A DNA stretch of 64,000 nucleotides from a virus (taxonomy: Duplodnaviria > Caudoviricetes): the IMG/VR virus record IMGVR_UViG_3300044568_000868, positions 120 to 64,119 of that record; one strand, given 5' to 3'. How positions within the stretch are numbered: the stretch's first letter is position 1; each line of letters begins with the position of its first letter. The translations under genes were made by a program, and so were the position numbers. Below the pieces are notes generated by a model. The model did no database searches, had not been told where the DNA came from, and worked only from the letters and a program-made list of their open reading frames with translations. Below, in pieces: positions 7,930 to 17,347 of this stretch.

Positions 7930-10419
7930 TTAACCCATAGGTGGTTGTGGAGGTGGTGCAGGTGCTGGCGCTCCTTGTGGTGGTGGAGGCGCTGCAGGTG
8001 CTCCTTGTGGCCCTGCTTGTGGCATTGGTGGAACCTCGGCTTGTCTTTGAGCTTCTATTTGTTGAGTCGCCATATCTAACCCTTTAAATAACCCTTGAAC
8101 CTTAGCGTCTTCACCTTGAAGCATTAATTTAGCCTCATTGTTTAGCATCGCTATTTCTTTACTAGCGTCAATCTTCTTAAGCTCGATCTCTTTTTTGTTA
8201 TTGATCTCTTGCTCTTTAAGTTGTAACTCTTTCTGCTGCATCTGTACTACAGGGTCTTGAGCTTGCTGTTGAGCCGTTTGTTGGGCTTGTTCAGCTTGGT
8301 TCGCTTGTAGTAGTTGTTTAGCTGCATCAGCAGATAGTTTTGCCAGTTGTACTGCCATTTCAGGGCTTAACTCTGCATCTTCTGGAGGTAATGTAGTCCC
8401 TAATTGAGTCTCTATACCTCTACGGTATTGGAAGCCCACATGCTCCATTATATGTGCCATTAACGCCTGTTTTATGACAGAAGCTTGAGGGTTTTGCCCC
8501 ATTGCTGCCGCTATCTTAGGGTCAGTTAGCATACTGTTATGCACTGTTAAGTGCGCATCGTGATCTTGTTCTATGAACGCTTTGACAGGTTTAGCTTTAA
8601 GAATGTCCATATTCTCTGTTACAGGATCAGTTGGCTTTTGATCTTCTTCCACAATAACGATCTTATCCGCATCTTTAATACCCATAACTTCAAGCATTTG
8701 TCGATGTAGTACAGGTAAGTTGTATATTTGTGGAGATTGTTGAGCTAACTGAATAGCTGCTTGGTACTGAATGATCCTTTGTGCCATAGTACTAGCGTTC
8801 GGATCAGAGACTGGAATAATATCAACTTTATCATAGTCTTCTTTCTTAGCAGATGGTTCTGCATCAAACTCTGGCATGTAGTCATATGCAGGGGCAGTAT
8901 AGTCTCTTACCAACGCTGCAATTAACTTAAACTCTTGCTCCATCGAGTAGTGAACACGAGCCTGAACAGCTGACATCACCTTTAGAGTTCTTTCCAAAAT
9001 AGCCAGTGTAGTACCTACTGGCGCCTCTCCATTCATATTATCCAGCTTAACATCAGCAACTGCTGCTAATCTACGGCCTTCTTCTACTACATTCTGTAAT
9101 AGTGTGAATAGTGTTTGGCTTGGTTCTTTATAAGGGAGCGGTAAGATATTATCTTTAATATTAGAAGATGGTACATCTACGTCTCGCCATTCACCCGGCA
9201 TGATCGGAGTATCATCACCTTTAATCCTAAGACCTCTAGATTTTAAGCCTCCGGGTAGGTTACTTAGTGTACCTGCATCAATTAACTGTCTGACAATAGA
9301 AGTTGCAGATTTAGCAAACCCACCAATAAGATGTATAAGACCGTAGCCATAAGCACCGAAACCGGGGATATAAGTATATTGTACAAAATGTTGCTTAGCT
9401 TGTTTAAGAGGGTCATGTTCATCCCAGTTACGTCTAATGGATAAAATCTCTTGTGTGCCTTGTTCAATGGTCACAACATATGGCAGGGCTATGCCTGTCT
9501 CTTCACCTGAGTCATCATCAACATCTTCAAACCCAACAAGGTCTAACTCAACCTGCATCTCTAATAGTCTGTATCTATTGTCGTATGTGGCTTTATACCC
9601 CTCAGCTTCGTCTTTGCGCTTCTGAATATCGTCAAGGTCTTTTGTTGGTTCACCAAGGTCTATATCACGATAGAACTCCGCATACTGTAGCTTCTTAACA
9701 TCATTCTTGGTTTTACGCATGACATGAGTCAGTCGCTCTGAAGTACGTGCATCAGAGGCTCCATAGGGGATATACAGATCTTCCGCAGGTACAAACATAC
9801 TTACCTGACGGTTTAGTGAGGGGTCAAAATATACTTTCTTAAACGCGGCTCCTGCCAATGCTAAGGACCACAACATCTTTTCGTGTTCAGGTCTAAACTC
9901 AGTCATTTTTTCCGTAAGCTGGTAGTTCATGTCTTCTACAACACGTTCCGCAGACTTCTGGGTATCAGGGTCATCTTTACCGATTATTCGGGCTTTTACA
10001 GGTCCCTGAGCAGGAAATGTTTCAGAGATCATCTCAGACTGAAAGCGGATAGCCGCTTCTGTTAGCATGGGGTGGTATACACCACAAGCGCCTTGCCAAG
10101 GTTCTGAACGCTCTTCAATTTTTAAACCTAACAAATCTAAGCCGTCTATATAGGTAGACTCCCACTCTTTACGAGCGTTCTTGTCATTGTTAAAGTCATC
10201 CATCAAATCAGCTACTAACGAGGCCATATCCGCCTCATCCATGTACTCCGCGAGGTTCGCATCAAACCCCGGCTCTTGCTCCATCTCTACATCAACTTCA
10301 GTCTCAACAGGATCCATAGGATCCCCTATATTAACCTCTATTGGTGCTTCATCATCTTCTGTTAAAAAGGGACTCTGCGGTTGCATTGCCTTAAATATGT
10401 TGTTTGGGACTTCAGCCAT
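7930..10419 (-). CDS. Portal protein
   Basis: 829 aa directly after TerL; FKKVYFD, GFGAYGYGL, RQLIDAGTLSNLP; Q/P-rich tail. Confidence 0.85.
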   Translation of the reverse strand: MAEVPNNIFKAMQPQSPFLTEDDEAPIEVNIGDPMDPVETEVDVEMEQEPGFDANLAEYMDEADMASLVADLMDDFNNDKNARKEWESTYIDGLDLLGLKIEERSEPWQGACGVYHPMLTEAAIRFQSEMISETFPAQGPVKARIIGKDDPDTQKSAERVVEDMNYQLTEKMTEFRPEHEKMLWSLALAGAAFKKVYFDPSLNRQVSMFVPAEDLYIPYGASDARTSERLTHVMRKTKNDVKKLQYAEFYRDIDLGEPTKDLDDIQKRKDEAEGYKATYDNRYRLLEMQVELDLVGFEDVDDDSGEETGIALPYVVTIEQGTQEILSIRRNWDEHDPLKQAKQHFVQYTYIPGFGAYGYGLIHLIGGFAKSATSIVRQLIDAGTLSNLPGGLKSRGLRIKGDDTPIMPGEWRDVDVPSSNIKDNILPLPYKEPSQTLFTLLQNVVEEGRRLAAVADVKLDNMNGEAPVGTTLAILERTLKVMSAVQARVHYSMEQEFKLIAALVRDYTAPAYDYMPEFDAEPSAKKEDYDKVDIIPVSDPNASTMAQRIIQYQAAIQLAQQSPQIYNLPVLHRQMLEVMGIKDADKIVIVEEDQKPTDPVTENMDILKAKPVKAFIEQDHDAHLTVHNSMLTDPKIAAAMGQNPQASVIKQALMAHIMEHVGFQYRRGIETQLGTTLPPEDAELSPEMAVQLAKLSADAAKQLLQANQAEQAQQTAQQQAQDPVVQMQQKELQLKEQEINNKKEIELKKIDASKEIAMLNNEAKLMLQGEDAKVQGLFKGLDMATQQIEAQRQAEVPPMPQAGPQGAPAAPPPPQGAPAPAPPPQPPMG

Positions 10420-10445
10420 TGATGGATCCTTAAGTTATTTGTTCG

Positions 10446-12869
10446 TTAGTAGTAGTTAGCACGTTTCTTATACATCCAGCTATCTTCATCAATATCCTTA
10501 TCTTTAGCAGATCCAATAAAGCCCCCAGACCTAAACCTAGCAAGAGCTAAAGTTACAGCATCCACAAAGTCATCATTCCTACCTGCTGGAAACGAGGCAA
10601 TCTCATTAATTACTTCATCAGCCCATCGAGTAAGAGGAGCCCATACTTTACCAGAAGCAAAAATATCAGCCACCGCATTAAGTCTTGATATCTTATCTTG
10701 TCCGCGTGAAGGTGTAAACTCTTGTACAGGTATGCCCATACGTCTTAACTCGTATATTAGCGGAGCTCCTGATGCTTTCTTCTCAACAATAACCCCGTCA
10801 GGCTCCCACTCTTGATAAAACTCTAAAGTCCGTTGCTTTAAATCAGGGAACTCTAAGCGTTCTCTCCATGCCTCTAAAAGTATTAAATTTGGTTGATCTC
10901 CGTCTTCAGGATTGTTCCAAACACCAAATATCACAATGGCACTATAGTCAGCACTGGTCTTTTTCTCAAACGCCGTATCCATTGACATCAACAAAAAGTC
11001 ACAATCAGGGGGATCTTTTTCCTTCCATTCTTGCCACCACTCTCTCTTGATTATGGCTGTTGCTTCTGATGTAGGTTGTTGTTGATACTGTGCTTGCCAT
11101 TTACTTGCTGGAATTTCGTTACGTACAGCTTCAAGTTCTTCAATGTTCCAAAACTCAGGCCATAGTGGCTTGCCACTGGGTAATATAGCAGGGAACTCAA
11201 CAACCTCCCATTTGTCGCCGCCATTCATAGCAGAGTGCTCTAAAATCTGTCCTGTCAGGTCTCTCATGGACCACCGAGTATTATGGCTTACAACCCCATT
11301 AGCTATAAAATTTTCCGTGCGGTCTATTTCAACATCAAAAACTTCTTCCTCGCCATCATAACTTATTTCAGCGATCAGGTCTGTTGTGAATTCGGAAATA
11401 TTCTGCAACCGCAAGAGCTGTTCTTTCTGTTTTTGCGTACCCAACAGCGAGATTGCAGTTGTTACACAGTAACGCACGGACTTTACCAGTGTCGTGGCAA
11501 TGGTCAATACATAACTTTCCATTCCAATGCGCTCTTGTATTGTGTGTTGATGGAACTTCTTTACAAATAGCGCATTTGCCGCCTTGTTCAACAACCATTT
11601 TTTGATACTCGTCAACAGTGATACCGTATCGACTTTTAATTCTTTTGGCGTAATGCTCTTCTGGGGTTGGCCTATTTCGTCCAGATGCCCAATTTGCTTT
11701 GTTATTGTGGGACTTGCACAAGTTGTTGCAATACGCGGGTTCATCGCACCCATCAGTCGCGCAAACTTTACCTTTATATTTTCCGTGATATTTAAATTCT
11801 CTGTAAGGCGCATCTGGGTGGCGCTTATGGTAGCTCTTATTTGCTTGGCACGGTCCGCATAGTCCCGCCTTTTGCTGGGATCTTGATGGTCTATCACACT
11901 CTTCGTTACTACAAGTGACATACCCGGCTTTAAGTTCTTTAGTCGTACCCATTTTCTAACCCCTTTGTCATCTACAAGAAACGGATGTCTCTCATTAGCT
12001 CGGACAATTATACCAGAGGTTGTTCTTATTTTATATACTTTATCAATACCATTTGACCGATGATTTAAAACCTTAGCCGTTGATAGCTCCCCATTGTCAT
12101 AAGTGGCTACTTCATCACCAACACATAGGTATTTAAGTTGTTTTCCAATTCCTGTACACATTAGCACAGGGGTATCCCCCGTCATGCACATAACGATAAT
12201 AATGGCTCCCCCAGGCTGTAACCGCTGTCTTGGACCTGATGAATACCAACTAAAGACCTTATCGTAAACTTCAGGGTTAAACTGAGCTATAACGGCTTCG
12301 CCTTCTGAATGAGGGTCATCAATAATGAGCAAATCAGCACCCCGCCCAGTAACGGTGCCACCAACACCAGCAGCAAAGTACTCGCCATTAAAGTTTGTAT
12401 TCCAGCGTCCCGCTGCCTTGGAATCCGTGCGGAGCTCGACTTCTGGGAATATTCGTCTGTATTCATCTGAGTTTACCAAGTTACGTACTTTACGACCAAA
12501 ACCCTCAGCTAACTCAGCAGTGTTGCTTATCTGCATTATCTTTTTCTTAGGAAACTGCCCTAAGAACCACGCGGGTAATAAATAAGACGCAAACTCAGAC
12601 TTGGTGTGCCTCGGCCCAAGATTAATAATAATTCTTTTCTTTTCACCACGAGCAACAGCTTCAAAAAGCTTCGCTATACGCCTATGGTGCGCACCACTAA
12701 TAAAGTCAGGCCACACTGAATTAACAAAGGCTATATAGTCTTTTCTGGCATGGGCTCTTTCTTTACGGGTGTTTAGTTCTTGTATAACGTCTAATAAAGC
12801 GGCTTTTTCCGCCAATGGTGCGGCACTAATAAGGGCATCAAAATCTTCTGAACTAAAGTCCTCAAACAC
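10446..12869 (-). CDS. terL: Terminase large subunit, intein-containing
   Basis: Walker A-like PRHTKS, Walker B LLIIDD, coupling motif IVM/TRW split by intein, RNase H-like SMDTA and DDFVDA. Confidence 0.95.
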   Translation of the reverse strand: MFEDFSSEDFDALISAAPLAEKAALLDVIQELNTRKERAHARKDYIAFVNSVWPDFISGAHHRRIAKLFEAVARGEKKRIIINLGPRHTKSEFASYLLPAWFLGQFPKKKIMQISNTAELAEGFGRKVRNLVNSDEYRRIFPEVELRTDSKAAGRWNTNFNGEYFAAGVGGTVTGRGADLLIIDDPHSEGEAVIAQFNPEVYDKVFSWYSSGPRQRLQPGGAIIIVMCMTGDTPVLMCTGIGKQLKYLCVGDEVATYDNGELSTAKVLNHRSNGIDKVYKIRTTSGIIVRANERHPFLVDDKGVRKWVRLKNLKPGMSLVVTKSVIDHQDPSKRRDYADRAKQIRATISATQMRLTENLNITENIKVKFARLMGAMNPRIATTCASPTITKQIGHLDEIGQPQKSITPKELKVDTVSLLTSIKKWLLNKAANALFVKKFHQHTIQERIGMESYVLTIATTLVKSVRYCVTTAISLLGTQKQKEQLLRLQNISEFTTDLIAEISYDGEEEVFDVEIDRTENFIANGVVSHNTRWSMRDLTGQILEHSAMNGGDKWEVVEFPAILPSGKPLWPEFWNIEELEAVRNEIPASKWQAQYQQQPTSEATAIIKREWWQEWKEKDPPDCDFLLMSMDTAFEKKTSADYSAIVIFGVWNNPEDGDQPNLILLEAWRERLEFPDLKQRTLEFYQEWEPDGVIVEKKASGAPLIYELRRMGIPVQEFTPSRGQDKISRLNAVADIFASGKVWAPLTRWADEVINEIASFPAGRNDDFVDAVTLALARFRSGGFIGSAKDKDIDEDSWMYKKRANYY
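11280..12188 (-). mobile_element. Intein (303 aa, TerL residues 228-530)
   Basis: Block A CMTGDTPV, block B ANERHPFL, block F VFDVEIDRTENFIANG, block G SHN followed by +1 Thr. Confidence 0.93.
11368..11952 (-). CDS. Endonuclease VII-family homing endonuclease overprinted inside the intein
   Basis: YGIT..EY..M..QGGKCAIC, IDHCHDTGKVRALLCNNCN; AAAGGGGT RBS-like element upstream of ATG; frame +2 relative to terL. Confidence 0.88.
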   Translation of the reverse strand: MGTTKELKAGYVTCSNEECDRPSRSQQKAGLCGPCQANKSYHKRHPDAPYREFKYHGKYKGKVCATDGCDEPAYCNNLCKSHNNKANWASGRNRPTPEEHYAKRIKSRYGITVDEYQKMVVEQGGKCAICKEVPSTHNTRAHWNGKLCIDHCHDTGKVRALLCNNCNLAVGYAKTERTALAVAEYFRIHNRPDR

Positions 12870-13374
12870 CTACTACCGTCCCTTCAATAACCTTTTCGTC
12901 TGATTTATTGAGATATCTTTGCATTGCTTGGCGTAGGGTCTTCTCTAACTCGTCACTTGTTTTATGGGTAATGCTAAGTTCTGTTTTCTCCACCATGAGG
13001 CCCACGGTGCTGGTTTTAGCTAGAGTGTCTAACGCAGATTTACTTATTTTTGGATCGGGATCATTAGCTTGTTGTACTAATTTAGTCAGAACGAAGTTCT
13101 GCCATTGTCCCTGCGTTGTAGGCAAGTCAAAGTTGTATTGCCCGAAGTGCTTTTTTAAATATTTTTCAGCTGCAAGTGATGGGGCACTTGTTAATTTTAC
13201 GCCTTCTTGTGCGGTTTTCTCCGCCCATTTTTTATCCTCTTCTGTTGGAAGCAAAGGTAAGTCGGCAGGGTGATTCAGTTCTTGAAATTTTAGATCCGCA
13301 AAAACGTCTTGTGCGTTAACACTAGGTACCCCTAGAGGGATTTCAAAGTCATCTGTAGTTTTATTTTTTGTCAT
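12862..13374 (-). CDS. Putative terminase small subunit
   Basis: Immediately upstream of and overlapping terL; size and helical character fit; assignment positional. Confidence 0.6.
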   Translation of the reverse strand: MTKNKTTDDFEIPLGVPSVNAQDVFADLKFQELNHPADLPLLPTEEDKKWAEKTAQEGVKLTSAPSLAAEKYLKKHFGQYNFDLPTTQGQWQNFVLTKLVQQANDPDPKISKSALDTLAKTSTVGLMVEKTELSITHKTSDELEKTLRQAMQRYLNKSDEKVIEGTVVGV

Positions 13375-13404
13375 GTTCGCAGAACTCGGAGTTCAGATGG
13401 TGGA

Positions 13405-13433
13405 AGCGTAATGGATACAGGACGTGATGTCAA
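13405..13433 (-). promoter_or_regulatory. Promoter of the packaging/late operon
   Basis: TTGACA-17nt-TACGCT on minus strand. Confidence 0.6.
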
Positions 13434-13502
13434 TGAAAATTTTTATATAAAATTTTTTGGTTTTTGTTTTAAAAAAGGCATGGGGGTGTTTTGGGGAAAA
13501 CG

Positions 13503-13565
13503 TAGTTTTTGTAGGGTAATTATGTTTTGGCTTTACATTAGTTTTTGTGGGGTAATTATGTTTTG
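13503..13565. repeat. 27-bp direct repeat, 2 copies, 1 mismatch
   Basis: TAGTTTTTGT(A/G)GGGTAATTATGTTTTG at 13503 and 13539. Confidence 0.9.
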
Positions 13566-13751
13566 AGATTTTGATGGAAATTTTGGGATTAAGTGAGTGG
13601 AATATAGTTTATGCGCACCTGCCGGGACGTTAAATGCCAGCGGGGGGTTCCCCCATGGGTGGGGTCTGCGAAGCAGTCATTCTGCCCAGGCGACTGAGTT
13701 TTGACGTTAGTCAAGCTGCATAACTTTATTCAATTGATTGATAATATTTAT

Positions 13752-13806
13752 TTGATTTTATTGTTTTAGTCTGTTATATTGTAATTGTCATCGGTGATTC
13801 ACCGAT
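13752..13806 (+). promoter_or_regulatory. Early promoter with downstream 17-bp palindrome
   Basis: TTGATT-17-TATATT with extended TG; ATCGGTGA-T-TCACCGAT at 13790-13806. Confidence 0.65.
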
Positions 13807-13838
13807 TGTTTTTAACTTAACTTACAGAGTACTTACAA

Positions 13839-14141
13839 ATGAACACTACAATAAAAAAAGATCATTACAATCATTGGATAGCTAAAACAGATATAGATTT
13901 ACCATCAGGTAAATTGCTAACAATAACCACTCGAAAAAGTAATAACGGCTTGGTATCTAGTGCAAGCGTGGCAAGTTATGAAAATGGGTTTTTGACTCAT
14001 GTTATGTTCCAAGATTTCAGTATTAGATTGGAACACTCTAACCCTAAAAGGATATCTGAAAAAGTAGTAGTGCAACAGCATAATACAATAGACTTTAACA
14101 ATGTTAAATCACAGGCTCTTGCATTTTATAAACTAGTTTAA
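13839..14141 (+). CDS. Hypothetical early protein
   Basis: 100-aa ORF downstream of promoter. Confidence 0.7.
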   Translation: MNTTIKKDHYNHWIAKTDIDLPSGKLLTITTRKSNNGLVSSASVASYENGFLTHVMFQDFSIRLEHSNPKRISEKVVVQQHNTIDFNNVKSQALAFYKLV

Positions 14142-14197
14142 ACCAAACAAACCGCCAAGGATGGCTTAACCTAATTCAAACAAAAGAGAATCTTACA

Positions 14198-14938
14198 ATG
14201 AACAAAGCTAAATTAAAACCTGTTACAGGTTATATCTTGTATCGAGGTACTAGTCTATTAGATGGGAAACCGATCGTAGTTGTAGCAATTACTAAGCGAT
14301 CTAACAATGTCAAAACAGGGGACGTTGTCCAGACTTATATACTTGCCGATAATGGTCAGAGTCCCCTTGAAAACCTTAAGAGTTTGGGTGATGTTAGTAT
14401 CTGTGGACAATGTCCACATAGGCGTGGTTTGGGTGGCTCATGTTATGTTAACGTCGGTCAAGGCGTGACCATGGTTTATAAATCACTACTTAAGGGAAAT
14501 TATCCTGTATACGATCCGAGCGTAAATGATCCAGTTAGCGGTAAGATGGTTAGATTAGGGACTTACGGCGATCCAGCGAGCGTTCCGCGCTATGTTTGGG
14601 ACTTGTTGCTTGCCAATGCATCAGGTCATTTGGGATATACTCATCAATGGAAAAATGGACAGGCTGATCATGTGATGGACTTATGCATGGCAAGCGCTGA
14701 CAATGCCAGCGAGCGACTACAAGCAAAGCTTTTAAAGTATAGGACTTTTAGAGTCCGAGCTGTTAGCGAGCCAGTACTTAAGGGCGAGTTTGAATGCCCA
14801 GCGAGTGCCGAACAAGGTAAGCGTTTGACATGTGTCGAGTGCAAAGCTTGTTCGGGCGGTGTCGGTACAAATAAAGGCGACCCAGTTGTCATAGTTCATG
14901 GATCACTTAAGAGCCGATTTATTCCAATGGTGGCATAA
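14198..14938 (+). CDS. Gene product 88-like Cys-rich protein
   Basis: CGQCPHR, CYVN, RLGTYGDP, GYTHQW, CPAS, CVECKAC. Confidence 0.65.
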   Translation: MNKAKLKPVTGYILYRGTSLLDGKPIVVVAITKRSNNVKTGDVVQTYILADNGQSPLENLKSLGDVSICGQCPHRRGLGGSCYVNVGQGVTMVYKSLLKGNYPVYDPSVNDPVSGKMVRLGTYGDPASVPRYVWDLLLANASGHLGYTHQWKNGQADHVMDLCMASADNASERLQAKLLKYRTFRVRAVSEPVLKGEFECPASAEQGKRLTCVECKACSGGVGTNKGDPVVIVHGSLKSRFIPMVA

Positions 14939-14957
14939 AACCAAATAAAACCGAATC

Positions 14958-14981
14958 AAGGGGCTAACAAGCCCCTTTTTT
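14958..14981 (+). terminator. Rho-independent terminator
   Basis: AAGGGGCT-AACA-AGCCCCTT then T run. Confidence 0.85.
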
Positions 14982-14999
14982 GTGCCTGCAATCTTTAGC

Positions 15000-15700
15000 A
15001 GTCATATCCTGCTCAACCTGCCAAATAAACGAAGTAGCACATTCTTTATTGAACGAAAAAGAAAAAGTAATACTCAGACCTAGGTTTAAAATTATCGGGG
15101 CTTAAATCGATTATTTTTATGGCAACACGCATTGAGTGCGATCTGGTAGCATTGGCACGGCTTGAAATTATACTTTATGGGGTTACATAGTGCGGTTTAT
15201 TTACGTTTATTATGCTTGTTGTGTATGTTTAAAAATGGCTTGTACAAAAAAGGCAATAAGGCAATTTGATGGCAATGCCCAACAGTTCTGTGGTTCGGTT
15301 GTATTTGTTAAGTTATATTATTATTATTAAAATAAATATATATATATATTCTAGACTTTTTAAAAATTCAACCTTACTAAAAGTAGGGTTATTTGGAGTT
15401 ACCATTTTTTCAATCTAAATATAAATACTTTCTCAGATTTTAAATTATTTTATCATTCCCCATAAACATCACCCCACACCCTGCATATCCTCTACATTCC
15501 CACACTCAATTGACAACACCCCTATTTTGTACAACTCAATTCTCAACGCACATACAAAGCTTATTTTTTCAATCACAGATACAGTACAGCAATACTTGCG
15601 GAGTTTGTTGAGTTAATTAATTATTTTTTTTGGCAGCAAAACCTCTACAGCCCGCATGAAACCTGGATTCTTCATTTTAAAAACCCAAAAAAGATTGCTT
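15000..15700. other. Long non-coding AT-rich region, candidate replication origin
   Basis: No credible ORF; pure A/T core near 15312-15350; G/T-rich left flank, C/A-rich right flank. Confidence 0.4.
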
Positions 15701-15716
15701 TGAATAAAATAATTAA

Positions 15717-15745
15717 TTGACATTGTTGTAAATCGTAACTAAATT
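15717..15745 (+). promoter_or_regulatory. Sigma70-like promoter
   Basis: TTGACA-17-TAAATT. Confidence 0.55.
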
Positions 15746-15826
15746 GTATCCAACTTCTGAAGTGTCCAGAATTGTTAAAGTTCTTGTTTAAGTAGTAAAT
15801 TAAATAAGATATGACACTAAACATCA

Positions 15827-15859
15827 TTGTAATGTAGATTAATAGTCTGTTACAATGTA
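15827..15859 (+). promoter_or_regulatory. Extended -10 promoter
   Basis: TTGTAA-18-TACAAT with TG; shares 15/17 nt with 13767-13783. Confidence 0.55.
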
Positions 15860-15887
15860 CTAAACAACCATAAAAGAGGATTAAATC

Positions 15888-16148
15888 ATGAAAACACAAA
15901 ACTCAATAAACGCCTTAGTAAAGGTGATGAATACAAAAAATGATGCCGAAAGGGCATCAAAAGTGCAGGCGTTGAATGCACAAATAGACCTTCTAGAATA
16001 TGACATCCTAGAAGAAAGGAGGGACTCATCCACAATTTATTGTGGCTGGGGAACCCAGCATAACCAGCTCATAGAAGAGCTAAACGAAGCCAAGAATGGC
16101 TTCTACATTTGGGACGAAGCCAAGGAGGAAATTGTATGGAAAGCGTAA
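15888..16148 (+). CDS. Hypothetical protein
   Basis: GAGGA RBS; first of a coupled early ORF string. Confidence 0.7.
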   Translation: MKTQNSINALVKVMNTKNDAERASKVQALNAQIDLLEYDILEERRDSSTIYCGWGTQHNQLIEELNEAKNGFYIWDEAKEEIVWKA

Positions 16149-16399
16149 GCGTCCCAAGGGACGCACTACTCACCACATGCGTGGTGGCAGGGGTAGACAT
16201 GGATGTCATCTTCACGTACGAAGCACCTGATTATATAAAGGCTTTAACCCACGGACACCGTGGTCTAGTAGAGATTTATGCTGTTATACACAGCGGAGTT
16301 GATCTTATCTTAGTGCTTAACGAGGAGACATTGGGAGAAATAGAGAAACAGTTGCTGGAGCAACACGAAGAGATGCACGAAGACCGAGATTATTATTAA
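16136..16399 (+). CDS. Hypothetical protein
   Basis: AGGAGG upstream of ATG 16136. Confidence 0.65.
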   Translation: MESVSVPRDALLTTCVVAGVDMDVIFTYEAPDYIKALTHGHRGLVEIYAVIHSGVDLILVLNEETLGEIEKQLLEQHEEMHEDRDYY

Positions 16400-16447
16400 C
16401 CTTACCCGTGCCTGTGGCACGGACTTGAAACGCATACTGGAGAACTT

Positions 16448-16780
16448 ATGACCCCAAAAGATAAAAGAGACTACTTAGAGCTGTTGCTCAATGCGATAGT
16501 ACGTCACGATGAAGACTTTTTCTATACGCATACAGGAGCTGTATGCTGGGAAGTAGAAACAAACCGAACAATATACTGTACTCCTGCATGGGAGTATCTT
16601 GAAGACTCAACGCTCGAACTGCCTGACGATGGGGATATAGGGGTTACGTTCGATTGGGTAGACGACGATCGGGACAGGACTGTAATTATCGACTTCTTCA
16701 CAAGTTACGACAACCTTGAGTCAGATTTAGCTGACTACATGTATATATTAAAACAATTTAAAGAGGAGTATTTGAAATGA
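16448..16780 (+). CDS. Hypothetical acidic protein
   Basis: GGAG RBS. Confidence 0.7.
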   Translation: MTPKDKRDYLELLLNAIVRHDEDFFYTHTGAVCWEVETNRTIYCTPAWEYLEDSTLELPDDGDIGVTFDWVDDDRDRTVIIDFFTSYDNLESDLADYMYILKQFKEEYLK

Positions 16781-16950
16781 GCAAACTAGAAGAGTTAAAA
16801 GAAAGAGCAAAGCAAATAAGATCGAGCCGAAGCCATTGGGCATCGAGTCAGGATGGTAGTTATGAAATGGCATTGAGTGAAGCGGGATATTACAGACTAT
16901 TGAAAGAGATAGACGACTTAGAAAAAGAAATCAACGGAGAGATAAAATGA
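16777..16950 (+). CDS. Hypothetical 57-aa protein (not in ORF track), paralog of 26184..26360
   Basis: MSKLEELKER...DGSYEMALSEAGYY; ATGA overlaps at both ends, GAGGAG RBS. Confidence 0.7.
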   Translation: MSKLEELKERAKQIRSSRSHWASSQDGSYEMALSEAGYYRLLKEIDDLEKEINGEIK

Positions 16951-17195
16951 ACCATTTAGAAAAATTACTAGATAGAAAAGATTACCTGCTCGCACGATTA
17001 ACCAGAGTTAAGGTCGTGTTAAATACTCACGGCACATGCATCACGGTCGGGAGTGGGCTAGATATAAACGTCAATGAGCCGACATTCAGTAGGGTAATGG
17101 AGGTACTGTACGTTCACGAAGCTGAGTGCAAAGAAGAGCTAAGGGACATAGACCGCAAGATCAATGCAATCAACGAGCTATTAGGGGGTATGTGA
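16947..17195 (+). CDS. Hypothetical protein
   Basis: ATGA overlap, GGAG RBS. Confidence 0.65.
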   Translation: MNHLEKLLDRKDYLLARLTRVKVVLNTHGTCITVGSGLDINVNEPTFSRVMEVLYVHEAECKEELRDIDRKINAINELLGGM

Positions 17196-17347
17196 TGAAT
17201 GAAGACCAATTTAGAGCCTACGCTCTCGGATATTACCACGGGAAGGCGGAAGGGTTAGAAGACTGCCCATATGAGGGTGAGCTTAGACATCTTTATAAAA
17301 GAGGCTATGACGCAGGAATAGCTGACTATTGCGAGGAATTGAAATGA
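17195..17347 (+). CDS. Hypothetical protein with GY..G repeats
   Basis: MNEDQFRAYALGYYHG...YKRGYDAG. Confidence 0.6.
   Translation: MNEDQFRAYALGYYHGKAEGLEDCPYEGELRHLYKRGYDAGIADYCEELK

Noticed and set aside
11283-11862. Plus-strand ORFs antisense to the intein
   Set aside because: No motifs or RBS; shadows of the dual-coding region
11945-11965. Programmed -1 frameshift fusing the intein N-part to EndoVII
   Set aside because: No canonical X XXY YYZ slippery heptamer at the junction; RBS plus ATG is simpler, though a frameshift is not fully excluded
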